Source: Armatimonadota bacterium (GTDB lineage: Bacteria; Armatimonadota; Zipacnadia; Zipacnadales; UBA5352). Taken from it: a stretch of DNA of 48,666 nt. The notes beneath the pieces were generated by a model, which saw only the letters and a program-made list of their open reading frames with translations, was not told the origin of the DNA and made no database searches. The translations under genes were made by a program, and so were the position numbers. Where the stretch lies: contig JBNJEK010000002.1 in NCBI GenBank assembly GCA_051745855.1, positions 1-48,666 of the forward strand, written 5' to 3'. Below, one piece after another: positions 26,006-35,900 of this stretch. How positions within the stretch are numbered: position 1 is the stretch's first letter; the number at the start of each line of letters is the position of its first letter.

Positions 26006-26305
26006 CTACTCCTCAGACACTCGTGTCACGCGTTCGCCCGCGGCGCGACCGGGCCGCATCCCGCGATAGGTCCGCGTGGGCGCGAACTCCCCGAGCTTGT
26101 GGCCTACCATGTTCTCCGTAATGTAGACCGGAACGTGCTTCCTTCCGTCATACACGGCGATGGTGTGACCCACCATGTCCGGGAAGATCGTTGACCGTCG
26201 CGACCACGTCCTGATGATCTTCTTGTCGCCCTCGCGGTTCATCCTGCGCACCTTGTCCAGCAGATGCGCGTCCGCAAACGGGCCCTTCTTCAGTGATCTC
26301 GCCAT
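26006..26305 (-). CDS. rpsS: 30S ribosomal protein S19
   Basis: [19 protein letters not shown]...[35 protein letters not shown] matches S19. Confidence 0.96.
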   Translation of the reverse strand: MARSLKKGPFADAHLLDKVRRMNREGDKKIIRTWSRRSTIFPDMVGHTIAVYDGRKHVPVYITENMVGHKLGEFAPTRTYRGMRPGRAAGERVTRVSEE

Positions 26306-26344
26306 TGTGTCAGCCTCGCTCCTGTGCGAAGACGCTTCCTGTCA

Positions 26345-27181
26345 TCACCGGCCGTAGCGCCGGCGCACGATGAATCTGTCCGAAGGCTTGCTGCGCTTGC
26401 GAGTTCGCTTCCCGAGCGTTTTCTTCCCCCACGGACTCATCGGCGACGGCATCCCGATCGGCGCCTTCCCCTCGCCGCCACCGTGCGGGTGGTCAACCGG
26501 GTTCATCGCCGAACCGCGAACCGAAGGGCGCTTGCCGTACCAGCGCTTGCGCCCCGCCTTGCCCATCGAGAGATTGTCATGATCGACGTTGCCCACGCGC
26601 CCGATCGTCGCCCGGCAGCGGACGTCAACCATCCGCATCTCGCCGGACGGCAGCTTCAGCAGCGCGTACGTCCCCTCGCGCGCAACAAACTGTGCCTCCG
26701 CCCCTGCGCTGCGCGCCAGTTGCGCCCCGCGTTCGGGCGTAAGCTCCACGCAGTGCACGACCGTGCCCACCGGCATGTTCTCCAGCGGCAGGCAGTTCCC
26801 CACACGGATCGGCGCGTCAGGGCCGGAGATGAGCGTGGCCCCCTCACTGATGCCGTCCGGAGCCACGATGTAGCGCTTCTCACCGTCAGCATAGTGCAGC
26901 AGCGCAATGTGCGCCGACCGGTTCGGGTCGTACTCGATCGCGGCCACCTTCGCGGGGATGTCGTCCTTGTTGCGCTTGAAGTCGATCTCGCGCAGGCGGC
27001 GCTTGTGGCCGCCACCCTGGTGCCGGACGGTCACGCGCCCGTGCGTGTTCCTGCCTGACTTCTGATTCCGCCGGCCCTTCGTGAGACTTCGCTCGGGCTT
27101 CTTTTTCGACAGCTCGGAACGATCAGGCGTAATGAGCTGCCTTCGTCCCGGCGTCGTCGCATTATGTCGCTTCAAAGCCAT
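26345..27181 (-). CDS. rplB: 50S ribosomal protein L2
   Basis: [26 protein letters not shown]...[14 protein letters not shown] matches L2. Confidence 0.96.
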   Translation of the reverse strand: MALKRHNATTPGRRQLITPDRSELSKKKPERSLTKGRRNQKSGRNTHGRVTVRHQGGGHKRRLREIDFKRNKDDIPAKVAAIEYDPNRSAHIALLHYADGEKRYIVAPDGISEGATLISGPDAPIRVGNCLPLENMPVGTVVHCVELTPERGAQLARSAGAEAQFVAREGTYALLKLPSGEMRMVDVRCRATIGRVGNVDHDNLSMGKAGRKRWYGKRPSVRGSAMNPVDHPHGGGEGKAPIGMPSPMSPWGKKTLGKRTRKRSKPSDRFIVRRRYGR

Positions 27182-27224
27182 CTATCGCACTCTCCCGTCA
27201 GTCGGTGCGTTGATCGTGTCCCGC

Positions 27225-27542
27225 TCAGCCGCCCATCTCGACGACATCAAGCGTGTTGCCCTCGGCGAGCGTGACCATCGCCTTCTTCCGCTCGGCGGTC
27301 CGGCCCGTGCCGTGGCGGTAGCTCCGTCGCCTGGTCTTCCCCGCAACCCGCAGCGTGTTCACGTTGACCACGTCTACGCCGAACAACGCCTCGACCGCGC
27401 GCCGAATCTCAACCTTATTCGCGCTCGGATCGACCTCGAACGTGTAGGTGTTCGACAGTTCCGATTCAGTCATACTCTTCTCGGTCACGACCGGCCGTCG
27501 GATGATCGTCCGGTAGTAGTTGAGTTGCTCGGTGCTAAGCAT
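27225..27542 (-). CDS. rplW: 50S ribosomal protein L23
   Basis: IIRRPVVTEKSMTESELSNTYTFEVDPSANKVEIRRAVEALFGVDVVNVNT matches L23. It overlaps the rplD end by 8 nt. Confidence 0.94.
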   Translation of the reverse strand: MLSTEQLNYYRTIIRRPVVTEKSMTESELSNTYTFEVDPSANKVEIRRAVEALFGVDVVNVNTLRVAGKTRRRSYRHGTGRTAERKKAMVTLAEGNTLDVVEMGG

Positions 27543-28176
27543 TCGCGCCCACTCCCTCGCTCAGCGCCGCCAGTCCGGCCTGGCTGATGATGATCGTCTC
27601 GGCCCAGATGACGTCCCGGGCGTTGATGTGCGGCGACTCGCGCATGATCAGATTCGGAATGTTCCGCCCGCTCTTGTAGACCTTCTCGTCGCGCGCCTCG
27701 TCGCTGCCAAGCAGCATCAGCATCCGGCCGTCCGCGCCGAGCCCCTCGAGCATCTCGATGAAGGTCCGGGTGGAGAAGTCGTCGAGCGTCACCTCGTCCA
27801 CAACGACCACCGCGCCCTCCTCCATCTTTGCGGACAAAGCCGCGTGGAGCGCGCTTCGGCGCATCTTGCGCGTAATCTGCGGCTTCCGCCGCGCAACGCG
27901 CGGGCCGTGAGCCACGCCGCCGCCGACGAAAATCGGCGCCGACTGCGCCCCGTGCCGCGCTCGGCCTGTGCCCTTCTGCCGGTACCACTTTGCCTTCGTC
28001 ATCCGGACCTCGGAGCGGCCAAGGGTGCGGGCCGAATCCTGCTGCATCGCCCGCTCAACCGCCACGACCGCCTGATGGATCAGGCCCTCGTTGACTTCCG
28101 CGGCGAAGATCTCGTCGGCGAGTTCCACCTGGCCGATCTTCTCGCCCTGCTTATCGTAGAGCGCTACCTCGGGCAT
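27535..28176 (-). CDS. rplD: 50S ribosomal protein L4
   Basis: KAKWYRQKGTGRARHGAQSAPIFVGGGVAHGP matches L4. Its ATG overlaps the rplC TAA. Confidence 0.95.
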   Translation of the reverse strand: MPEVALYDKQGEKIGQVELADEIFAAEVNEGLIHQAVVAVERAMQQDSARTLGRSEVRMTKAKWYRQKGTGRARHGAQSAPIFVGGGVAHGPRVARRKPQITRKMRRSALHAALSAKMEEGAVVVVDEVTLDDFSTRTFIEMLEGLGADGRMLMLLGSDEARDEKVYKSGRNIPNLIMRESPHINARDVIWAETIIISQAGLAALSEGVGANA

Positions 28177-28820
28177 TACTTGTTACCTCCCCTGGCTGCG
28201 CCCTGATGAGTGATTTCGAGCAGGCCGTTGCGCGCGCCGGGAACGGCGCCCTTGATGAGCAGCACATTCCGCTCCGGGTCCACGCGGACGACCGTCAGTC
28301 CCTTGGTCGTGCAGCGCTCCGCACCCATGTGGCCGGGGCTGCGCTTGCCGGGAAAGACGCGCTGTGCGTCCGTCGCACCGGCCGACTGCGGTTGCCTGTG
28401 CACTTTCGAGCCGTGACTGGCAGGGCCGCCTTTGAAGTTATGTCTCCTCATTGCGCCAGCGAAACCGCGACCCTTGCTCGTCCCGGAGACCTGAACGATC
28501 TGGCCCTCCTCGAACATCTCCACCGTCACCGAGCTACCAGTCTCCAACTCCTCGTCGCCGAGAAGTCCAAACTCCTGGACATAGCGGTGAGGCTCAACGT
28601 TGCGGGAGAGGAAGTGCCCCAGCGCCGGCTGATTGACCTTGCTGTGGGGGACCTCCTCGAAACCGAGCTGAACGGCGTTGTAGCCGTCATTCTCAGCGGT
28701 CTTGCGCTGCACAACTACGCAGGGACCGGCCTCCACGACCGTCACCGGAATCGCTTCTCCGGTCGTCTCGTCGTAGATGCGCGTCATCCCAACCTTTTTT
28801 CCTAACAATCCTGTCGGCAT
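28176..28820 (-). CDS. rplC: 50S ribosomal protein L3 (214 aa)
   Basis: MPTGLLGKKVGMTRIYDETTGEAIPVTVVEAGPC matches L3. The track N-terminus (to 28880) would overlap rpsJ, so the start was trimmed to ATG 28820. Confidence 0.94.
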   Translation of the reverse strand: MPTGLLGKKVGMTRIYDETTGEAIPVTVVEAGPCVVVQRKTAENDGYNAVQLGFEEVPHSKVNQPALGHFLSRNVEPHRYVQEFGLLGDEELETGSSVTVEMFEEGQIVQVSGTSKGRGFAGAMRRHNFKGGPASHGSKVHRQPQSAGATDAQRVFPGKRSPGHMGAERCTTKGLTVVRVDPERNVLLIKGAVPGARNGLLEITHQGAARGGNK

Positions 28821-28851
28821 GGCTGTCACCAACCGGGCATCTCGTCTGGCT

Positions 28852-29178
28852 TCACGCGGTGTACGTCTTGATGGCGACATCTACGCCGCCGGGAAGATCG
28901 AGCTTCATCAGCGCATCGACCGTCCGGGTCGTGGAACCCAGGATGTCGATGAGCCGCTTGTGAACGCGCATCTCAAAGTGCTCCATCGTTCGACTCGCGC
29001 GCCCCAGTGCTGTCGGCTTCACAACACAGTGCACGTGCTTCTTCGTCGGCAGCGGGATAGGCCCCGACACGCTGGCTCCAGTGCGCTCGGCTGTCTCCAC
29101 GATCTTCTGCGCCGACCGATCGAGCAGCTTATGATCGAACGCCTTGAGCCTGATACGAATTTTGTTCGCGTTGGCCAT
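28852..29178 (-). CDS. rpsJ: 30S ribosomal protein S10 (108 aa)
   Basis: [45 protein letters not shown]...[12 protein letters not shown] matches S10. GGAGG lies 9 nt before ATG 29178. Confidence 0.95.
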   Translation of the reverse strand: MANANKIRIRLKAFDHKLLDRSAQKIVETAERTGASVSGPIPLPTKKHVHCVVKPTALGRASRTMEHFEMRVHKRLIDILGSTTRTVDALMKLDLPGGVDVAIKTYTA

Positions 29179-29227
29179 TTCCTGGTACCTCCGGGCCCTC
29201 CGGCCCATCCGCCTGTCCGTCCGAGTG

Positions 29228-31294
29228 TCAGCTCAGCAACTCCTGCTGCTGGTCTGCCGGAACCGGCTCGTACGAGTGCGGCTCCATGTTGTAGGTGGCT
29301 CGTCCCTGTGTCAGCGAACGCAGCGCCGTGGCATACCCGAACATGTTCGCCAGCGGCACCCGCAGTTCGATCGTCTTCGTGTCTCCCGCCGAATCCTTGA
29401 CCTCAACGATCTGCGCGCGCCGGGTCGTCAGGTCATTGACCACATCCCCGAAGTACTGCTCGGGGGTCACCACCTCGGCGGCCATCACCGGCTCAAGCAA
29501 CACCGGCTTGCCTGCGGCGAAAGCATTCTGAAATGCCATCCCCGCCGCAACCTTGAATGCGACGTCCGAGGAGTCCACCTCGTGGAAAGAGCCTCCGGTG
29601 ATCGTGCACCGTATTCCCACTGCCGGATAGCCGCCGAGCGTGCCGGCGCCCATCGCTTCCTCGATCCCCGACTCCACTGCGCCCTTGAACTCCAGCGGGA
29701 TCTCGTCGCCCTTGCTTTCGTCCTCGTACTCAAGCCGTTCGTCAGTGTGGATCGGGTCCAGCTCGAGCACCACGTGGCCGTACTGCCCGCGTCCGCCCGT
29801 CTGCTTGACGAAACGCCCCTCGCCCCGCACCGCCTGCCGGATCGTCTCGCGGTAGGCCACGCGCGGCCGGCCGATGTTGCCCTCCACGTCGAACTCGCGT
29901 CGCAAGCGATCGACGATCACCTCAAGGTGCAACTCGCCCATCCCCGCCAAAAGCTGCTGGCCGGTCTCCTTGTCAACTTCCAACTGCAGCGTCGGATCCT
30001 CCATCGTGAGCCTCGCCAGCGCGGCCCCGAGCTTCTCCTCGTCAGCCTGCGACTTCGGCTCGATCACCATCTGGATGACCGGCTCCGGGAAGGTCATGCG
30101 CTCAAGCACGATCGGATGATTCTCCGGACAGATCGTGTCACCGGTCGTGGTCTTGTCGAGACCCACCGCCGCAACGATGTCGCCAGGGCCGATCGTCTCG
30201 ATCTCCTCGCGCCGATTCGCGTGCATTCGCAGTAGCCGCTGGACTCGCTGCTTCATCCCGTTGTCCGCGTTCAGCACCCGGTCGCCAACACTGACGGTGC
30301 CGGAGTAGCAGCGAATGTAGGTGATATGACCGACGAACGGGTCCACTGCCACCTTGAATGCCAGCGCGCTGAAAGGTTCGTCCGGGTCGGGCGCCCGCGG
30401 CTCCTCCTCGCCGGTCTCCGGATGCTCGCCGACAACCGGCGGCACATCCAGCGGAGACGGAAGGTAGCGAACGATCGCATCCAGCAGCGGCTGAACTCCC
30501 TTATTCTTGAACGCCGAGCCGCACAGTACCGGAACGAGCCCGCCCGAGATCGTCGCTGCGCGGATGGTCTCCCACATCTCCTCGGGAGTCGGGTCTTCAC
30601 CCGCGAAGAACTTCTCCTCGAGATCCGGGTTGATGTCCGCGAGACTGACGACCAGGTGCTCCCGGAAGGCCTCGACCATCTCCCGCATCTTCTCCGGGAT
30701 CTCGATCTCGGTCGGGGGAGCCATCTCATCCTCTTCGAACTCCCACGCCTTCTGCTCGACCAGATCGACGACGCCGCGATGCTCTTCCTCGTGGCCGATC
30801 GGAAGCTGAATCGCCACTGCCTCGGCTCCAAGACGCTTGCGCATCTGGTGCAAAACATCGTGAAAGTCCGCGCCGATCCTGTCCATCTTGTTCACGAACG
30901 CGAGGCGCGGAATGTTGTACTTCGTCGCCTGGCGCCAGACGGTCTCCGACTGCGGCTGGACACCGCCCACCGCGCAGAAAATGATGCAGACCCCGTCGAG
31001 CACGCGCAGCGACCGCTCCACCTCGACCGTGAAATCCACGTGGCCCGGCGTGTCAATGATGTTGATACGATGGTCATCCCAGTTGCAGGTAGTGGCCGCG
31101 GATGTGATCGTGATCCCGCGCTCCATCTCCTGCGGCATCCAGTCCATCGTGGCGTCGCCGTCGTGGACCTCACCCATCCGGTGCACCTTGCCGGTGTAGA
31201 ACAGGATGCGCTCCGTGGTGGTGGTCTTCCCCGCGTCAATATGGGCGGCGAAGCCAATGTTCCGAGTTTTTTTCAGCGTGTGCTCAAACGACAA
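29228..31294 (-). CDS. fusA: Canonical elongation factor G (688 aa), TTG start
   Basis: The N-terminus is (M)[30 protein letters not shown]. It carries [13 protein letters not shown] and NKMD. The start codon at 31294..31292 is TTG. The next in-frame Met is residue 40, after the P-loop, so TTG is obligatory. Confidence 0.95.
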   Translation of the reverse strand: MSFEHTLKKTRNIGFAAHIDAGKTTTTERILFYTGKVHRMGEVHDGDATMDWMPQEMERGITITSAATTCNWDDHRINIIDTPGHVDFTVEVERSLRVLDGVCIIFCAVGGVQPQSETVWRQATKYNIPRLAFVNKMDRIGADFHDVLHQMRKRLGAEAVAIQLPIGHEEEHRGVVDLVEQKAWEFEEDEMAPPTEIEIPEKMREMVEAFREHLVVSLADINPDLEEKFFAGEDPTPEEMWETIRAATISGGLVPVLCGSAFKNKGVQPLLDAIVRYLPSPLDVPPVVGEHPETGEEEPRAPDPDEPFSALAFKVAVDPFVGHITYIRCYSGTVSVGDRVLNADNGMKQRVQRLLRMHANRREEIETIGPGDIVAAVGLDKTTTGDTICPENHPIVLERMTFPEPVIQMVIEPKSQADEEKLGAALARLTMEDPTLQLEVDKETGQQLLAGMGELHLEVIVDRLRREFDVEGNIGRPRVAYRETIRQAVRGEGRFVKQTGGRGQYGHVVLELDPIHTDERLEYEDESKGDEIPLEFKGAVESGIEEAMGAGTLGGYPAVGIRCTITGGSFHEVDSSDVAFKVAAGMAFQNAFAAGKPVLLEPVMAAEVVTPEQYFGDVVNDLTTRRAQIVEVKDSAGDTKTIELRVPLANMFGYATALRSLTQGRATYNMEPHSYEPVPADQQQELLS

Positions 31295-31436
31295 ATTCGT
31301 TCACCCGTGGGGACAAAAGATATCTCAACGGCCCTGAGGCCGGATTGCATTCTCGAGCGTCGAGTGTCATCGATCGGTGTCAGCCCGACTGGCGGGAACA
31401 CGAAATCATTCCGCCGGACGCGCATGCGTCTTTGAT

Positions 31437-31907
31437 CTACCAGCGGTAGTGCGCGTAGGCCTTGTTCGCCTCTGCCATCCGGTGCATCTCTTCGCGGCGC
31501 CGGACCGAGGCGCCCTCGCGATTCGCCGCGTCCATGATCTCGCCAGCGAACCGCTCGACGGCCGTCCGCTCGCCGCGCGCCCGCATCGCTGCGATGATCC
31601 AGCGGACGGCCAGCGTGAGTTGACGCCGCGTATCGACTTCCACCGGAACCTGGTAGGTCGCGCCGCCAACGCGCCGCGGCCGCACCTCGAGATTCGGCAT
31701 GACGTTGCGCATCGCGTTCCGCAGCACGACCAGCGGATTCTCGCCGGTGCGCTCGCCGATAAGCTGCATTGCGCCGTAGAAGATCTTCTCTGCCGCGGAC
31801 TTGCGCCCGCCCTGCAGAATCTTATTGATGAACCGCGTGACGAGTCGGCTGCCGAAAATCTCGTCAGGCTTCAGTTCTCGCTTGGGAGATGGGCCCTTCC
31901 TGGGCAA
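31437..31907 (-). CDS. rpsG: 30S ribosomal protein S7, TTG start
   Basis: (M)PRKGPSPKRELKPDEIFGSRLVTRFINKILQGGRKSAAEKIFYGA matches S7. The codon at 31907..31905 is TTG, with AAGAGG 9 nt upstream. Confidence 0.95.
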   Translation of the reverse strand: MPRKGPSPKRELKPDEIFGSRLVTRFINKILQGGRKSAAEKIFYGAMQLIGERTGENPLVVLRNAMRNVMPNLEVRPRRVGGATYQVPVEVDTRRQLTLAVRWIIAAMRARGERTAVERFAGEIMDAANREGASVRRREEMHRMAEANKAYAHYRW

Positions 31908-31991
31908 TCGGATGCACCTCTTTCGGGTCTGGCGCGGCTTAACGGGTCACCGGCGCTGGGCGGTGTCGAACGAGCCGGACAGCGGCGGGTG

Positions 31992-32402
31992 TCAGGGCTT
32001 CTTCGTGCCGTACTTCGAGCGCGCCTGGCGCCGATCTTCAACGCCGGCCACGTCGAGGGTGCCGCGAACTACGTGGTACTTCACTGAGTTGAGGTCCTTC
32101 ACACGACCGCCCCGGACCAGCACGATGCTGTGAGGCGCCACATTGTGACCCTCGCCGGGAATGTACGCCGTGACCTCCTGCCGATTGAACAATCGCACAC
32201 GGCAGACCTTGCGCAGAGCGGAGTTGGGCTTCTTGGGCGTCTGTGCCCACACGCGAGTGACCACGCCGCGGCGCTGCGGCGCACCGTCCACACGCGTGCT
32301 CTTGCGCTTGATCGCATTCCAGTTGTACTTCAGCGCAGGCGCCTTCACTTTCCTGCTCTTCTTCTCGCGGCCCTTGCGCACAAGCTGATTGATCGTAGGC
32401 AT
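31992..32402 (-). CDS. rpsL: 30S ribosomal protein S12 with a roughly 14-16-aa insertion after residue 24
   Basis: [14 protein letters not shown]...[17 protein letters not shown]...GGRVKDL...YHVVRG matches S12. An extra [16 protein letters not shown] block sits between PAL and PQRRGV. Confidence 0.95.
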   Translation of the reverse strand: MPTINQLVRKGREKKSRKVKAPALKYNWNAIKRKSTRVDGAPQRRGVVTRVWAQTPKKPNSALRKVCRVRLFNRQEVTAYIPGEGHNVAPHSIVLVRGGRVKDLNSVKYHVVRGTLDVAGVEDRRQARSKYGTKKP

Positions 32403-32489
32403 TCTTTGCTCCCTTTCACCACGGTGCGTTTCGCGGCAGTCGCAACCGCCGGCATCTGTCCGGCGTCCGATCGATGGACTGGAGAGACG

Positions 32490-32517
32490 AAAAACGCCCC
32501 TCGCACCACGGAGGGGC
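32490..32517 (-). terminator. Intrinsic-terminator-like hairpin inside the rpsL 5' leader (candidate attenuator)
   Basis: The minus strand reads GCCCCTC-cgtggtgc-GAGGGGC-G-TTTTT. It ends 88 nt upstream of the rpsL ATG and lies downstream of the promoter candidate at 32753..32781. Confidence 0.5.
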
Positions 32518-32752
32518 CATCACTGAGAGTCTCGCCGAGTTCAGATGACCTGCTCAAAAGCAGGCATCCCTGGTTCGGTGATATCCTCGTTGTCTGGCGT
32601 GTGCCCCTTTGTGCGGTGGCCGCTCACGAGTCCGTCGCAAGCCAGCCCAGGTTTTCCAGCCCCACCACAAAATACGACCGCATCGGGCAGTTCGTGACCG
32701 CGATTCCCTGGTTACTCGAAGTGCGATCCGCTTACCCGAGCAGCGAGGAGTC

Positions 32753-32781
32753 AGTATAAGTGAAACGTGCTGCCCTGTCAA
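32753..32781 (-). promoter_or_regulatory. Sigma70-like promoter candidate for rpsL/str-S10-spc (TTGACA-N17-TATACT) with an A-rich upstream tract
   Basis: On the minus strand, TTGACA is at 32781..32776 and TATACT at 32758..32753, with a 17-nt spacer. The tract AGTAGAAAAATCCGAAAAGG lies just upstream. Confidence 0.5.
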
Positions 32782-32979
32782 GGCGACTGGCGCACCTTTT
32801 CGGATTTTTCTACTGTCAGACGCCGGCGACCGATGAGAATCGGCGTCAGCCCCCATCTGGCGGCCCGTCGGGGGTCATAGCCCGGAAAACGATCAGGCCG
32901 TGATTCACCGTCGGCGACCGGCTCACGGGGGCCGCCGCCGGACTGCGCGCGGCGGCCCCTGCTTGGCACTGACTGAGGC

Positions 32980-35900
32980 TTACTCGCCCTCGGCCTGAGC
33001 CTCGCGCTTGGCCGCGGCCGCCTCCACGTCGCCGAGAAGCCGCTCCATGCTCTCGGCTTCCTTCGACTTGGACTCCGCCCCCCGCTTTGCGAGATCCTCG
33101 AGCACGTCGCCCGAGAAGCCCACCTCGCGGTCGCGGTGCATCGACATGCCCGACCCCGCCGGAATCAGCCGGCCGATGATCACGTTCTCCTTCAGCCCGT
33201 AGAGCGGATCGTACTTGTTCTCGCACGCCGCCTCGGTGAGGACCCGCGTCGTCCGCTGGAAGGACGCTGCCGACAGGAAGCTTTCGGTCGCCAGCGACGC
33301 CTGGGTGATCCCCAGCAGGACGGGCTCGGCGGTCGCCTGCTCTCCGCCAAGGTCCTGCACGCGGTCGTTCTCCTCCATGAAGTCGAACCGGTCCACGATC
33401 TCGCCCGGCAGGAACCGGGTGTCGCCGTGATCGATCACCTTCACCTTCAGCAGCATCCGGCGGATGATCGTCTCGATGTGCTTGTCGTTGATCGCCACAC
33501 CGTGTTCATCACGGTACACGCGCTGGATCTCCCGCAGCAGATAGTCCTGCACACCCTCACGACCCTGCATCGCCAGCAGTTTCTCCGGGTCGATCGGGCC
33601 GGTCGTGAGCGGATCACCCGCGCGCACCTCCATCCCCTCCGAGACCAGCAACTCACCTCTATACGGCACAAGGTGCTCGGTCCGGATGGTGACCGTCTCG
33701 ATGTCGTACTTCTTCAGCCGAACGCGCAGCTTCTTGAGCAGTTTCTCGCCGGCCTTCGCGATCGGGCCCTCTTCCTTCGAGTTTGGCCCGTAAATGTCGT
33801 GCGCGAGGCGTTCGCCACGGATCGCGTCCGTGTCGATGATCGGGTGATCGGAGTGGATAACCACCGTGCGCATGCCACGCTGGCTGACTTCCGCCACCAC
33901 GCCGTCAACGTCCGCGGTGATCGCCTGCCCCTTCGGCGTCCGCGCCTCGAACAACTCCTCGATCCGCAGAAGACCGCCGACCGAGGTCTCCAGCACCTTG
34001 AGCATGTCCTTGATCGCCTTGCGGCGCGCGCGGCCTCCGCCGGCCATGTCCAGTGACACGCGGCCCTGGTCGATGTCCTCCTGAAGGCTCCGCAGCGCCT
34101 GCTGCTTGCGCTTCTTCACGTCGGCCACGCCGGTGATGTAATCACCCGCAACGCCGCCGGTGTGGAAGGTACGCATCGTAAGCTGCGTGCCCGGCTCGCC
34201 GATCGACTGCGCGCCAATCACGCCGACCGCCGTCCCCATCTCAACAAGCCGCTGGGTCGCGAGGTCGCGGCCGTAGCAGTGCGCGCAGATGCCTCGTGTC
34301 AGCTCGCAGGTCAGCGGTGAGCGTACCCGGACCTCCTTCAGCCCGCTCTCCACTATGGCCTCTGCGGCGATCTCACCGATCTCGGTGTTGACCTCCACGA
34401 GCACCTCCCCGGTCTCCGGGTCGAAGATATCCTCCGCCGCGTAGCGGCCGACGATACGATCGTAGAGATCCTGGTAGGTCTCGGCCTCCTCGGGCACCTC
34501 AGTGGGCGCCTCACAGTACTGGCACATGCCCTCCCGATGATAGTCCACCATCCCGCACTGGCCGCAGTAGACGTCGTCGAGATACATCGGCGTGACCGAG
34601 ATGCCCTCAGTGGTGCCGCAGTCCACCGCCTGAATCATCGCATCCTGCGCAACATCAACCAGTCTCCGCGTGAGATAGCCCGCGTCGGCAGTGCGCAGAG
34701 CGGTGTCCGCAAGACCCTTCCGGGCACCGTGAGTGGACACGAAGTACTCAAGCAGATTCAGCCCGTCGTGGAAGTTGTTCTTCACCGGCAGGTCCTCGAT
34801 GAGCCGACCGAACGGATCGCTCATCAACCCGCGCATTCCGGTGATCTGCGAGAACTGCGTGATCGAGGCGCGCGCGCCTGAAGTGATCATCATCCAGATC
34901 GGGTTGAAAGTGCCGACACCCTCCAGAATCTGATCCGCAATGTCCTGACGCGCCTGCTCCCACTTCGAAAGAACGCTGCGCTCGCGCTCGTCCTCCGAGA
35001 TGACGCCCTCGGCGGCCGCCTTGTTGACGCGCTCGACCTCGCGCTCGGCGCGGGCAATGATCTTCACCCTGTCCGTCGGCACCTTCGTGTCGGCGAGACA
35101 GATACTGGTGCCCGAACGCGTGACGAACTTGAACCCCAGCGACTTGATGTCATCGATCAGCGCCGCTGTGCGCCACTGTCCGTACCGCCTGTAGCAGTCA
35201 GTAACCAGATCCGACAGCTCGTTCTTCGCGATGTCGTGGTTGTAAAACGGCATGTCGAACGGCAGATGGCTGTTGAACACCACTCGGCCGACCGTCGTGG
35301 TTGTCAGCTCGCGCTCGACACTGACGGTGAACTCAGTCTCGACCGCACAGCGCCCTTCGAGGCACTGCCGGGCCGCGCTGTGCTGCAGCGCAGTCAGCAA
35401 CACCTCCTCCACCTCGGCTGTCGTCTCGCCCGCCTGCGATCCCTCTGTGACCGGCGCGGGGGCCATCAACTCGCCCTCCTGCACCGCATCCACGATGTCG
35501 GTGGTCAGCGTGAACTGCACCGTCCGCTCACGCACCGGGTGCTCGTGGGTAACGTGCTCGGCAACCGTGCGCTCCAGCGCCATCCTCGCGCGCGGGTGCA
35601 GCTCAAGCTCGTTGCCGTCCGGGTCGGTGGCAGTGACGATGATCCTCGGCAGCCGCACATCGATCGCCTCGTGAAGGTCGATCTTGCGGTGCGCATACGC
35701 GCTCATGACCGCCTCGGCTGACTCGAAATGCTTGCGCTTCTCCCGTGGCGGCGTCTCACCGCTCTGCTGAGTCATGTAGTACGCACCAAGCACGATGTCA
35801 TACACCGGATGCGCGATCGGCTCGCCGTTGGCCGGCTTGAAGAGGTTCATCGACGCGATCATCAGCAGCCGCGCTTCGGCCTGCGCATGCGCCGAAAGCG

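Noticed and set aside
24470-31435. Long plus-strand ORFs opposite rpsC, rplD, fusA and others (24470..25813, 27520..28206, 29144..30235, 30326..31435)
   Set aside because: The reasoning is the same: these are antisense shadow frames of conserved genes, with no start-site signals.
32345-33226. ORFs 32345..32557, 32554..32856, 32778..32969 and 32846..33226 (all minus) in the rpoC-rpsL spacer
   Set aside because: They are Arg/Gly/Ser-rich frames with no SD, and they overlap the predicted promoter, the leader hairpins or the rpoC 3' end. The region is better explained as a structured untranslated leader.
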